From positions 1-43,592 of the IMG/VR virus record IMGVR_UViG_3300005573_000020: DNA of 43,592 nt; one strand, written 5' to 3'. Made by a program: the position numbers and the translations under genes. The notes beneath the pieces were generated by a model. The model was not told the DNA's origin. It did not search any database and saw nothing but the letters and a program-made list of their open reading frames with translations. This DNA is from a virus. This document shows, one piece after another, positions 25,126 through 34,820 of this stretch; positions within the stretch are counted from its first letter, which is position 1; every line of letters begins with the position of its first letter.

Positions 25126-26553
25126 ATGACCACAAAGAAAGAAAAGTTGACATAGAAACCAGAGAAAAGAAAAGTTAAAGATCTGAAAATCTGGGACAGA
25201 AATCCAAGACAAATAACGCCGGAAGGATTTGATAAATTAAAAGAAAGAATTACCAAGCGTGGATTTCACGATGTTGTTAAGATTGACACAGATAACACAA
25301 TACTTTCCGGCAACCAAAGAAAAAGAGCATTGGAAGAATTGGGAATTGAAGAAGTTTTTGTGATGGTTCCCAATAGAGCCCTAACCGAAGAAGAAAAAGA
25401 AAAAGTAGCAATAGAATCAAACAGAGAAGACGGACAATGGGATTATGATGTGCTGGCAAGCTTTGATGAAGAACTTTTAAAAGACGTAGGATTTGGGAAT
25501 GAAGAATTGGATAATATTTTTGGATTAGAAGAAGCCGATGATTTTGATGAGAAAAAAGAATTTGAAAAAGCGGTAAAAAATCCGAGAGGAGTAAAGACCG
25601 GCGACATCTGGCAATTAGGAGAACATAAGTTAATCATCGGAGATTGCACTCAAAAAGAAAACTGGGAAAGATTATTAGGAGAAGAAAGATTTGATTTAAT
25701 GTTCACGGACCCGCCATATAAATTGGCCTACTGCAAGAAAAAAGGAAGGAAGGTGAAAACCAGCGAAGGATTTAAGTGGAAGAAAGATAGAGTATATAAT
25801 TCAGTAGGAGAAACAGATAAAGAAGGCAAACCAAAGGGATTTGGAGCGAAACAGAATGGGTTTTATGAAGGAGTAAAACAGAAAGGCGGTGTGCCGGAAT
25901 ATGATGAATGGCTATCAATAGCCAACGAATTTCAAAATCCCAAAGGAGCGAATGTGATGATTTTTGAGAATTGGAAGAACCTTCCAGAATTATGGCTGGC
26001 AATGGAAAAATATTGGAAGATGATGAACATGATTATTTGGCATCTACCAAACAGAATGCAGGGATTTTCCAGGAAATATTATTTTTTTAATAAATATGAC
26101 ATAGCTCCTCTGGCCGGAAACGGAGTGAAAAACGAGGATTATGAGGAAGAACTAGAAATTTATTTACAGGAGAAAGGACAAAAGCTTTTGGATACTTATG
26201 AGGTAAGTTTATACGGCAAGCAAGGGAAGAGTGAATGGAACAAAAAGAAAGGAACGAGATGGGCAAAAGTAACCGATCATATAACATGGACAGCAGAAAC
26301 GGAAAAATCAGGAGGCCAGAATATAATTTTTGGGACGAAACCAATTCAAATTTTAGTGCCTTATATTAAAATCCTAAGCCCGAGAAACGGAATAGTAATG
26401 GAACCGTTCTGCGGAAGCGGATCAACAATCATAGCAAGCGAAATAATGAAGCGTCGTTGTTTCGCAATAGAAATAAGCGAAACCTATGGGGAAGTGATAT
26501 TGAACAGGTTTGAAAGGTTTTCGGGTATTTCGGCGGTTAAACTAACAAAGTAA
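25126..26553 (+). CDS. ParB-like nuclease domain / DNA methyltransferase fusion, with an in-frame TAG at codon 10
   Basis: ParB motifs (LKIWDRNPRQ, SGNQRKRALEELG) lie at 25183-25340. TDPPY (motif IV) precedes FCGSGST (motif I), a beta-class N6A/N4C order. ATG at 25126 and TAG at 25153-25155. The frame is open from 25156, but the first canonical start after the TAG is the TTG at 25330. Confidence 0.8.
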
Positions 26554-26621
26554 GGGAAAAACGAAGCGCCACAGCAAGCCAGGACAAAAGATTAGGGGCT
26601 AAGTGGTAGTTTGATACGGCA

Positions 26622-27071
26622 ATGGACAAAGAACAACAAATTGCTGAAAATACAGCAGAAATACAACACAAAAAGAAAGTTCCGGGAAGGCCATTCGTGA
26701 AAGGTCAATCAGGCAATCCCAAAGGAAAACCAAAGGGAGCAATTTCACTTACTTCAGCTATTAAAAGAAAATTAAAAGAATTGCCTCCGGGAAAAGATAA
26801 AACTTATTTGGAATATATTGTTTCGCAAATACTAAGTCGAGCCGCCGTTGATGGCGATACGCAAATGATAAAAACAGTTTGGAGTTACATAGACGGAATG
26901 CCAAAACAATCCATAGATTTAAGCGGAGATTTGAGAATTAAAACATTACGACAAATCGCCGAAAACACAAAAAAAATAGCAGAAGAAAAATATGATGAAC
27001 CCTCAGGAGATGTACAAAATCAAACAGGAAGTAGCAACGAAGTTCAAGAACAGCAAGGGGGAACCGTTTAG
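26622..27071 (+). CDS. Terminase small subunit candidate (DUF5681-like)
   Basis: PGRPFVKGQSGNPKGKPKGA motif. Immediately upstream of, and overlapping, the large terminase gene. Confidence 0.55.
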   Translation: MDKEQQIAENTAEIQHKKKVPGRPFVKGQSGNPKGKPKGAISLTSAIKRKLKELPPGKDKTYLEYIVSQILSRAAVDGDTQMIKTVWSYIDGMPKQSIDLSGDLRIKTLRQIAENTKKIAEEKYDEPSGDVQNQTGSSNEVQEQQGGTV

Positions 27072-28461
27072 ATTAACCGATGGGCAAGCAGAATTATTTG
27101 CTCTGATTTTTAAAAAGAAATATCCGAGAAATCACATTGAAACACACACCCGTTATGGAAAATCAGACGTAATCTCAATGGCGGTATTGGACAGAGTAAA
27201 TACTTATCCGGAGAAATGGGCAATCGTGGCCGGCAACAAAGAAAAGGCGGGAATCATAATGAGCTACGCAATCGGCCACATCTTTGATAACGAATTTTTT
27301 AGGCAACAATTCATAATTGAAAAAGGCGAAAGCGAAGAAAACATCCGGAGATACAGAAACAAAAGCAGGATAAACTTTGACTTGGGAGATGGAAGAATGG
27401 GCGAGATATTTATTACAACCGCAGAAGGAGCAATGGGATTCGGCGCCCCAAATGTAATCGAGGATGAAAGTGCATTGATTGGCGCAAAAGACCACGCATT
27501 GGTAATGAGAATGCTCGGAGACCAGCCGAAAAACTTTCTGGTGAAAGTGGGAAATCCATGGGAGAGCGAACACTTTGATAAATCAAGAGAAGATCCGGCA
27601 TATCACAAGCTCATAATCGATTACCGGCAAGGAATTCGGGAAGGAAGATTGACGCCGGCATACGTAGACGAAATGAGAAAACAGCCATTCTTTGATGTGC
27701 TTTACGAATGCAAAAGAGCAAGCTCAACAACAATGGATGAGAAAGCATGGATACCATTATTTACCCGTGAAGAAATTGAAAGGGCAATGATCGACCACGC
27801 AGAAGGATTTGGAATTAATAAGTTAGGAGTAGACGTAGCGGGTGGAGGCAGAGCATTCAGCACCATCGTGCAAAGATACAGCAATGTGGCAGTCAAACGC
27901 CACAAATCTAAAGATCCGGACACCATGAACTTGGCCGAGAAAGTAATGACCATGGCCAAAGACGAAAGCCGAGACCGAAAATACAAAATAAGACCAAATG
28001 ATATTTTTGTAGATAGCGTGGGACTGGGCAAAGGAGTTTACGATATTTTAAACAGAAATATGCCCGGAGTTTACGGAGTGAATGGCGGGGAAAAGCCAAC
28101 CACAAAAGAAAATGAATCAAGATTTGTCAATCAGCGGGCCGAATTTTATTGGGCTTTAAAAATGTGGATTTCAAATGGCGGAAAACTTTTAAAAGATGAT
28201 GATTGGTTTGAACTTTTAAGAATTAAATATCGCACCAAACTGGAGGGCACAAGAGGAAAAATGATTATTATATCCAAAGAGGAGATGGCCCGCGAAGGAA
28301 TAGATAGTCCGGATGTTGCAGATGCCCTAATGATGACATTTAGAACCGACGATATTCCGCCAATGGATCAATTTCATCAAGAATATTTAACATATAAAGA
28401 AGCATTAGAAGAGGGAGCGGTTCCCGGATGGGATCCGATGCACCCCTTCAAGAATTTTTAA
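26992..28461 (+). CDS. terL: Terminase large subunit
   Basis: Walker A-like THTRYGKSD, Walker B NVIEDES, and nuclease-domain motifs LGVDVAGGG, FVDSVGLGKGVYD and DSPDVADALMM. Confidence 0.9.
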   Translation: MMNPQEMYKIKQEVATKFKNSKGEPFRLTDGQAELFALIFKKKYPRNHIETHTRYGKSDVISMAVLDRVNTYPEKWAIVAGNKEKAGIIMSYAIGHIFDNEFFRQQFIIEKGESEENIRRYRNKSRINFDLGDGRMGEIFITTAEGAMGFGAPNVIEDESALIGAKDHALVMRMLGDQPKNFLVKVGNPWESEHFDKSREDPAYHKLIIDYRQGIREGRLTPAYVDEMRKQPFFDVLYECKRASSTTMDEKAWIPLFTREEIERAMIDHAEGFGINKLGVDVAGGGRAFSTIVQRYSNVAVKRHKSKDPDTMNLAEKVMTMAKDESRDRKYKIRPNDIFVDSVGLGKGVYDILNRNMPGVYGVNGGEKPTTKENESRFVNQRAEFYWALKMWISNGGKLLKDDDWFELLRIKYRTKLEGTRGKMIIISKEEMAREGIDSPDVADALMMTFRTDDIPPMDQFHQEYLTYKEALEEGAVPGWDPMHPFKNF

Positions 28462-28462
28462 T

Positions 28463-30469
28463 ATGGCAAATCCAACCGAAGAAAAAAAAGATAGCATTCT
28501 CCTTATAGAAGAAAAGGAGCAGGTTGAAGTTCCGGATTATACCCCCGAAGAAATAGAATATCTGCGAAGATTACAAAGCCGGTTAGAGGAAGCACGCAAC
28601 AAAAGAGATCAAGTCTTTGAAGAATTTGATTATCTGCCATACATTTCCTATTGGTATAGCATTGAAAGAGCGGCAAACACCACGCTTCTTCCCAAGAAAA
28701 ACAAAGGAGATTCAATATTCCAATCGGGAACTTTACGCACAAAGATGATGGCATTCCTTTCAACCTATCAGGGATTGAATTTGAAGGGAGACATTACCGC
28801 ATTTAACGAAGACGAAATAGAAATAAACAATCTCGGTCACGCCCTAGAAGACATTATCGAGAAAACCGAAGAGGTCGAGAACGATGAAGAATGGAGAATG
28901 TTAAGGCAATACGAAATGCTAAAACATGGTTATGTGTTCGTAGAAGATATCTGGGAAGAAAAATACGAGATTAGAAAAACCATAGACCGAGAGTTTATGG
29001 GCAAAAAACAGGGAGTGAAGTGGACATCCAAAAAGGTTAAATTGCCGGGAATGCCCAAAAGAACATTATTGCCCGGGCCAGCAGTTTATCTCGGCGACCT
29101 AACCCAGTATATGATTGAAGATCAGCCCTACATTTTTACGGTGGAAATTAAAGATTATTTTGAAGCCAAGAAAATCTATGGAGATTGGGAAATGTGGAAG
29201 TATGTATCAAGGGATTTGAGAAATTGGTCGGGAGCAGCGGATCAAAGAATAGTGCAAAACGCTTGGAGATTATTCGGAGACACCACGAAGAATAAATGCG
29301 AGATTATTAAGTATCAGGACAAGCCAAACCAAGAATATCAAATTTTAATCAACGGAGTTCCGATGTTGCCGATTGGCTATCCGTTTCCGTGGGGACACGG
29401 AGAATATTCGGTGGTTCAGCAGAATCTTGAACCAATCAGACACAATTTTGCATACGGGAAGTCATTCATTTTCAAAAACAAAAATGCGGTAGACATTCTG
29501 GATGAAATGATGAAACTGGCGGTATTGAAAACCCAGGGATCATTCAGACCGGCATTATTAAATATAAGCGATAGAATAGTATCAAGAGACGTATTAATGC
29601 CCGGGAACATTGTGCGGGGATTAAAGCCGGGAGAATTGGTGCCGGTATTGGATCAACAAACCCAGGGGGTAACCAATGCGGAATTCAACATGATTCAGGA
29701 GGTGATAAAGTTCATTGACAGAGGAACGGTTTCGCAGACAACTACCGGAGCAAAAGAAGAAGGAGGAAATGTGACCGCCACTCAAATCATGGAATTACAA
29801 AGACAGGCCCGAGTGATGATGGGATTAACCGACTTGGCCGCCTGTTTATTGGAAAAGAAATTGACCAGCAAACGATTGATGATTATTTTGGAAAATTGGT
29901 TTGACCCCATTGATACAAAAGTTGACGAAGCAAGAAATCTTTTAAACAACAGATACAGAATTATCAGCAGAAAGCGAAGAATTGAAGGAAAGGGACAAGG
30001 ATTAAGAATGGTTATACCCACCAAGGAATTGCCGACCTCCGAACAAATTAAAGAAATGGAGGAAAGCTTTCAAAGAAACACCGGCACGCCATTACAAATG
30101 ATAATGATTGATCCGGACGCCCTAAAAAAAGCCAAACTTACTTGGATTATAAACGTAGTCCCCAAAGAAAAGAAATCAAGCGAATATTCAAAGGTGTTGT
30201 TCGGAGCAATGATGGCCGACGCAAGAAACTTGGGATTGATTCCAAGCCAGAAGTGGCTGGAAGAAAGATTTGCCGAAGAATGGGAAGAAGATCCGAGCAA
30301 AATGTTTGCCAAAGCACCAACTCCGGGAATTCAAGGGATTCCGGGAACGACTACTCCTCCCCCGCAGGCCGTGCAGGGAGCCGTAGCAGGAAAAGAATCA
30401 AGAATAACTACGCCTCAAATTACGCTTCCGATCGGAGGACCAACCGGAACACCGAGAGAACAAATATGA
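28463..30469 (+). CDS. Portal protein (by position and size)
   Basis: 668-aa ORF starting 2 nt after terL. No motif verified by eye. Confidence 0.6.
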   Translation: MANPTEEKKDSILLIEEKEQVEVPDYTPEEIEYLRRLQSRLEEARNKRDQVFEEFDYLPYISYWYSIERAANTTLLPKKNKGDSIFQSGTLRTKMMAFLSTYQGLNLKGDITAFNEDEIEINNLGHALEDIIEKTEEVENDEEWRMLRQYEMLKHGYVFVEDIWEEKYEIRKTIDREFMGKKQGVKWTSKKVKLPGMPKRTLLPGPAVYLGDLTQYMIEDQPYIFTVEIKDYFEAKKIYGDWEMWKYVSRDLRNWSGAADQRIVQNAWRLFGDTTKNKCEIIKYQDKPNQEYQILINGVPMLPIGYPFPWGHGEYSVVQQNLEPIRHNFAYGKSFIFKNKNAVDILDEMMKLAVLKTQGSFRPALLNISDRIVSRDVLMPGNIVRGLKPGELVPVLDQQTQGVTNAEFNMIQEVIKFIDRGTVSQTTTGAKEEGGNVTATQIMELQRQARVMMGLTDLAACLLEKKLTSKRLMIILENWFDPIDTKVDEARNLLNNRYRIISRKRRIEGKGQGLRMVIPTKELPTSEQIKEMEESFQRNTGTPLQMIMIDPDALKKAKLTWIINVVPKEKKSSEYSKVLFGAMMADARNLGLIPSQKWLEERFAEEWEEDPSKMFAKAPTPGIQGIPGTTTPPPQAVQGAVAGKESRITTPQITLPIGGPTGTPREQI

Positions 30470-30648
30470 AGTGTAGAGACTGCAAATATTACAATGGAAC
30501 CAAACATGTAAAAAACCCTTACGTTCAAGGAGTCTATATTAAATGCAAATTAGCTCCTCACAGTTTATTGCCGGATGGCGAAACGTGCCAGTTGGGAAAT
30601 AATCATTATAAAAGAAAATGGTGGAAAATATGGGCGAAGAAGAATTAA
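30466..30648 (+). CDS. Small Cys-rich (zinc-ribbon-like) protein
   Basis: ATGA overlap with the portal stop. MKCRDCKYYNG...CKLAPHSLLPDGETCQ. Only this 3' part of the 30142..30648 track ORF lies outside the portal gene. Confidence 0.5.
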   Translation: MKCRDCKYYNGTKHVKNPYVQGVYIKCKLAPHSLLPDGETCQLGNNHYKRKWWKIWAKKN

Positions 30649-30971
30649 AATTAATGAGGAAAGTTCTCGGTTCAATTGATCTCACAGACATTGAAGAAGA
30701 TTTAGATGAAGCAGAAATATTGGCCAGAGCAGGCGATGCCGAGATATTTTATAGGAATCATTTTGATAAAGTAATTAAAAAACTTATTCAAGATCAATTA
30801 GAATTTATAGGCAAAGAAATTCAACCGGAACAATTGCCGTTTGCAAGGGGAACAATCAACGGACTTTCATTGATAAAACAATGGTTTGAAGACCAAATAA
30901 GATTGTCTTTATCAAGACATGATAAAGAACAAGGCACAGAGCCGGGAAGCAGTGGGCTTCCGCATCTGTAG
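30618..30971 (+). CDS. Hypothetical head-module protein (117 aa)
   Basis: ATG ORF (alternative ATG at 30630) between portal and scaffold. Confidence 0.55.
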   Translation: MVENMGEEELKLMRKVLGSIDLTDIEEDLDEAEILARAGDAEIFYRNHFDKVIKKLIQDQLEFIGKEIQPEQLPFARGTINGLSLIKQWFEDQIRLSLSRHDKEQGTEPGSSGLPHL

Positions 30972-31066
30972 GTCGAGGCCGCGCTGATCGCATCGCAGCG
31001 TTAAAACTGATGTAGTTAAAATGGCTAAATCCATTTTGGAATAATAAATCTAATAAATAAACAATT

Positions 31067-31726
31067 ATGGGCACATTCTTTGACACAGACGGAAACGAAG
31101 TAGAGGCATATACCACAGAAGAAGTTAATGAACAAATTGAATCTGCAAGAGAAGCCGGTAAAGAAGAATTGGCTGAGGAAATGGAAGAACTTAAAGGTCA
31201 AATCGCCGAGAAAGACAATAAGATAAAAGAGTTAGAAGAACTGATGGAAGGCGGCGATGATAAATCCAGGAACTTTGCAAATCTACGTAAAGCCAAAGAG
31301 AAAGCGGAAAGAGAAAGAGACGAAGCAAACCAAAAACTTCTCAATCTCGGTCAGGAAATCGACACCAAAATCAAGGGAGTAAAGGAAGAAATCGCACAAA
31401 GCAGGATAAATGAAGAAATCAAGAAACGCGCCGGCGGAGATATAGAATTGGAAAAGAAAATTAAATTCTATTATAACCAATTCAAGCCAGACGAAGAAAA
31501 AGATCCGAATAAAAAAGAGGAAAACTTCATTAACAGATTGAATGCGGCAGAACTATTGGCAACCGGCGGGAAAGCGATAAGTCCATTGGAAAACGTTGCC
31601 GGTACAAGAGGAGGATACGTTCCGCCGGCCACAAAACCGGGAGAGAAAATATCGGAAGACATAAAACAGATGGCAAAAGAAAAGATGGGATTGACGGATG
31701 ATGATTTTAAAATCGCAGGATTATAG
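31067..31726 (+). CDS. Scaffolding protein candidate
   Basis: 219 aa, strongly Glu/Lys-rich coiled coil, located between the portal and capsid genes. Confidence 0.55.
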   Translation: MGTFFDTDGNEVEAYTTEEVNEQIESAREAGKEELAEEMEELKGQIAEKDNKIKELEELMEGGDDKSRNFANLRKAKEKAERERDEANQKLLNLGQEIDTKIKGVKEEIAQSRINEEIKKRAGGDIELEKKIKFYYNQFKPDEEKDPNKKEENFINRLNAAELLATGGKAISPLENVAGTRGGYVPPATKPGEKISEDIKQMAKEKMGLTDDDFKIAGL

Positions 31727-31739
31727 GCCCAACAAACTT

Positions 31740-32219
31740 ATGGAAAATGAAAAAATTGAAATTTCCAAGTCCGAATTGGCGGAAATCTATAAGAGGCTTG
31801 ATAGCTTGGCAGCGGATAACGAGTTTCTTAAATCGGTTGCCGACAAAAAAGCTGTTGCACTTTATTACCAAAGACATAAAGAAGTAATTCCGCCAAGGGT
31901 AAATATAAGGGCATTGGATGTTGCAAATGAAAAAGGCGAGATGGTTGAAAAGGTAATACTCGGCTGGCGAACGGTTGAAAATGAAGTTTGGAAGGATCCT
32001 CAGACCGGAGCATGGAGAGAGAAACAAACGGTAGAATTGCTGATGGAAGACAAATCGGTGGTGAAAATGGATCTTCTTAATTATGTCCGACAATTCAAAT
32101 ACATCCCCTGCGAAAGAACGGCAGTAATAAAAGATGAGGTAACGGGAGAGCAAGCATTTAAATTGAGAAGATTGGACAACGGAAAAGAATATATAATCGG
32201 AGTTTTATTCGTTAACTAA
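31740..32219 (+). CDS. Hypothetical head-module protein
   Basis: The ATG at 31740 follows the upstream stop (31724-31726). The track start at 31698 overlaps the scaffold gene. Confidence 0.55.
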   Translation: MENEKIEISKSELAEIYKRLDSLAADNEFLKSVADKKAVALYYQRHKEVIPPRVNIRALDVANEKGEMVEKVILGWRTVENEVWKDPQTGAWREKQTVELLMEDKSVVKMDLLNYVRQFKYIPCERTAVIKDEVTGEQAFKLRRLDNGKEYIIGVLFVN

Positions 32220-32220
32220 T

Positions 32221-32400
32221 ATGCCTGGCACAAAAAAACAACAAATTGCGGCTCGCATAGCATTGGCAGCCAAAAAGGGCAAGATCCCCAAATCAAAACT
32301 CAAGGGAGCATCCCTGGCAATGTATGAAGGGATGAGTGCAAGCCAATTGGAAGACTTTGCTAAGGGGCCAACCAAGAAACCAAAAATGGCAGCCCGCTAA
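32221..32400 (+). CDS. DUF3008-like small protein (59 aa, below the ORF-track cutoff)
   Basis: MPGTKKQQIAARIALAAKKGKIPKSKLKGASLAMYEGMSASQLEDFAKGPTKK matches the KxQQxAAxxALAAKxG...LxGAS...M...LxxFA pattern of DUF3008. Confidence 0.6.
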   Translation: MPGTKKQQIAARIALAAKKGKIPKSKLKGASLAMYEGMSASQLEDFAKGPTKKPKMAAR

Positions 32401-32404
32401 AATT

Positions 32405-32839
32405 ATGGACTTCATTGGGAAATACTTCGGACCAAACAAGATAAAAACTGCTTGGGAATCCAAAGACAAAACCTATCTTGGCAAACCGAAAGTAGAATTA
32501 GAATACGAGAACGGAGAAACCGCATCTTACCCCTTAGAGATAGTTGAAAAGTTAGCAAGCGATCAACCAATTGATCTAACAACGCTTAGAGATAAAAGAG
32601 TTGAGCCGGTATTGGAAAAGATATTGGGAATCTTGGCCGATTCGGAATTAACCTTGGATGAAATTTATTATGCCGTAGGACCGAAATTGACAGCCTCCAT
32701 TGAGATGAGTATGGACAAGTGCCAGAATATTTTGTGGAAAGGAAAAGAATTAACTTCGAGATACAAAACCGTAACCTTAATGGATATGGAAAAAGTGCTC
32801 CGTCAAAAATCATGGACAGAGAAGAAGAAAAAAAGTTAA
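32405..32839 (+). CDS. Hypothetical protein (144 aa)
   Basis: The ATG at 32405 comes just after the DUF3008 stop. The track's upstream extension overlaps that gene. Confidence 0.55.
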   Translation: MDFIGKYFGPNKIKTAWESKDKTYLGKPKVELEYENGETASYPLEIVEKLASDQPIDLTTLRDKRVEPVLEKILGILADSELTLDEIYYAVGPKLTASIEMSMDKCQNILWKGKELTSRYKTVTLMDMEKVLRQKSWTEKKKKS

Positions 32840-33228
32840 AAATACTTGCCAGCACCAAGGGAATAGTCCTGCATCTTCTTGCAGAAAAGGCCTACGACAA
32901 AGACAAAAAGGGACACAAGATTGAATTAAAGGACCACGAGGGCAACCAGCAATATCTAAGAAATGATGCCGTAGGATTAATGGGAATTCTGGGAAGATTG
33001 GACACACGCCTCTATACATTAAAAGATCTGAAATTATGGACCAAGATTAGAGACAAACTGAGGGAATGCTATTTTAAAGATACGGACGAACTAGAATTGA
33101 CGTTGGATGAGGCAAAATTCCTTAAAGATTACTTGCTGAATGTTCAAACAAAAGACGCAAAAGACAGATCATTGCAGGAATTTGAAATCAGAACGCTTAT
33201 AGGAATAAGCGAGCAATTCGGTGAATAA
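32812..33228 (+). CDS. Hypothetical protein (138 aa)
   Basis: The ATG at 32812 gives a 28-nt overlap. The track start at 32719 lies deep inside the previous gene. Confidence 0.5.
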   Translation: MDREEEKKLKILASTKGIVLHLLAEKAYDKDKKGHKIELKDHEGNQQYLRNDAVGLMGILGRLDTRLYTLKDLKLWTKIRDKLRECYFKDTDELELTLDEAKFLKDYLLNVQTKDAKDRSLQEFEIRTLIGISEQFGE

Positions 33229-33234
33229 AATTCA

Positions 33235-33254
33235 GCCCTCTTCCTTGTGAGGGC
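33235..33254 (+). other. GC-rich hairpin without a U-tract
   Basis: GCCCTC-ttccttgt-GAGGGC, 7 nt after the stop codon and 4 nt before the tRNA-like gene. Confidence 0.55.
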
Positions 33255-33258
33255 ATGT

Positions 33259-33330
33259 GGCGGGATGGAGAAGTAGTATCTCGGCCGGCTCATAATCGGC
33301 AGATCACAGGTGCAAATCCTGTTCCCGCAA
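33259..33330 (+). tRNA. tRNA-Met-like gene (anticodon CAT), non-canonical
   Basis: Hand-folded cloverleaf: acceptor GGCGGGA/TCCCGCA (G1 x A72 mismatch). D arm GAGA-AGTAGTA-TCTC. Anticodon arm GCCGG-CTCATAA-TCGGC. Variable loop AGATC. T arm ACAGG-TGCAAAT-CCTGT. Deviations: G at position 55, no GG in the D loop, no encoded CCA. Confidence 0.5.
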
Positions 33331-33471
33331 TCACGATCCGCGACAGTGTCAAAAGACGCGGACCCAACATTCGCAGAGAAGCGTAATCTCGTTGGAAGCA
33401 GCACCTTTAAAATAGTTATTGGTCGAATAACGAAATAAAGTTAGGCTGATAACAACTAAACAACCATACAA

Positions 33472-33894
33472 ATGTTTACATTAAAGCAGGGCAGAACCAA
33501 ATTGATGTGGTTGCCGGTAACTGCAAGCACAGCCATTACAAAGCAGAAACTGGTTGCGTGGAGCTCGGGAAAACTGATCGAAGCAACATCTACAACTCCC
33601 AGCTATAATATTGCCGGAGTATTGAAACATACAATTGCTTCAACCGATTCCGACTACGCAACATCACGATTGGTTGAAGTTGAGGTTCCGGTTGAGAAAT
33701 TTGTAGTTTGGGAAGCCGATGTAACTTCTGGACTGGCTACTTCAAGTCTGGGAAATTATTACGATCTCACCGATGGAGGACATGTCGCAACGACAGCGTC
33801 AACCTATGATATCGTACAATGTGTCAAATACATTTCAGCCACAAAGGGCTGGTTTATTCTGAACATTGGACCAGACGGGCATGCTAAGGCATAA
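33472..33894 (+). CDS. Head decoration/accessory protein candidate (DUF2190-like)
   Basis: 140-aa ORF immediately upstream of the capsid gene. The pattern KLVAWSSGKLIEA...IAGVLKH...VEVEVP..FVVWEADV is a weak resemblance. Confidence 0.4.
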   Translation: MFTLKQGRTKLMWLPVTASTAITKQKLVAWSSGKLIEATSTTPSYNIAGVLKHTIASTDSDYATSRLVEVEVPVEKFVVWEADVTSGLATSSLGNYYDLTDGGHVATTASTYDIVQCVKYISATKGWFILNIGPDGHAKA

Positions 33895-33899
33895 AATCT

Positions 33900-34820
33900 A
33901 TGACTGAACTAAACACAATAAGTTTAAATGATTTTGTCAAATTGGCCACCGTGATCTGGATCAAAGGAGCAACGTCGGTCAAGAACTACATGCGGGATTC
34001 GGGAATGGTTCGGGAAATGACGATTCCAGAGAATACTGGAAATACCAGAGAATTCTCCGAAATCGACACCAACGAGTATTTAAGTTATAAGGGGCAAGGC
34101 GATCAAGCCGCTCGGGGCAAGGTTCAACAGGGTTATTCCAAGACCATGACCGCCTATCGAGTAGCCGAAAACATCGGAATTACTTATGAGATGAGAACAC
34201 AAAATAAGTATCCCGAAGTTGTAAGCCAATTACTTAATGGCGGAATGAAGGGTCCGAATACCATTGATCTTGACTTGAGTTTAAGATTGTCCTTTGGTGC
34301 AAGCACAAGCTATACCGACAGAGATGGCAGAACCATTGATACAACCGTCGGCGATGGCTATCAGCTATTTTACACCGCCCACACACTCGCAGGATCTTCA
34401 ACGACCTTCCGAAACCGTTTGGCCAACAATCCTAGACTTTCAAAAGGAGCATTAGAAGCGATTGAAAGACAGGCAATCGAAAATACCTATAACCACTTAG
34501 GCGAGAAAAAGACCATCCCATTTGACATCCTTTGGACCACAGATGATCCAAATACCGTAAATACAGCACAGGAATATCTAAAATCCGTTGCAAGCCCGGA
34601 AGCTACTCATGCCGGAGTAACCAATGTTTATGCCGGAAAGTATAAACACGTGGTTCTTCCGAGAGTGGCACTGACAGCAACGGGAGCACCCGATACAACC
34701 AAGCGTTATTATTGGGGAATTGCTTCATCGCAATTAACTTCATTCATGCTTGGTATTTGGGAAGCTCCACACATGATTCCTCCAACCGAGGGATCAAATG
34801 GCGAAGATGTCCAAACCGAT
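33900..34820 (+). CDS. Major capsid protein, exon 1 (predicted; 307 codons)
   Basis: Position after the scaffold gene; the predicted spliced product is 336 aa. Coding character stops at ...GEDVQTD, after which the sequence becomes a chain of tetraloop hairpins. The 5' splice site after T34820 is supported by a P1 pairing. Confidence 0.6.

Noticed and set aside
30142-30648. 168-aa track ORF overlapping the portal gene
   Set aside because: Its first 324 nt lie out of frame inside the portal ORF and give an Arg/Ser-rich low-complexity translation. Only the part from ATG 30466 is kept.
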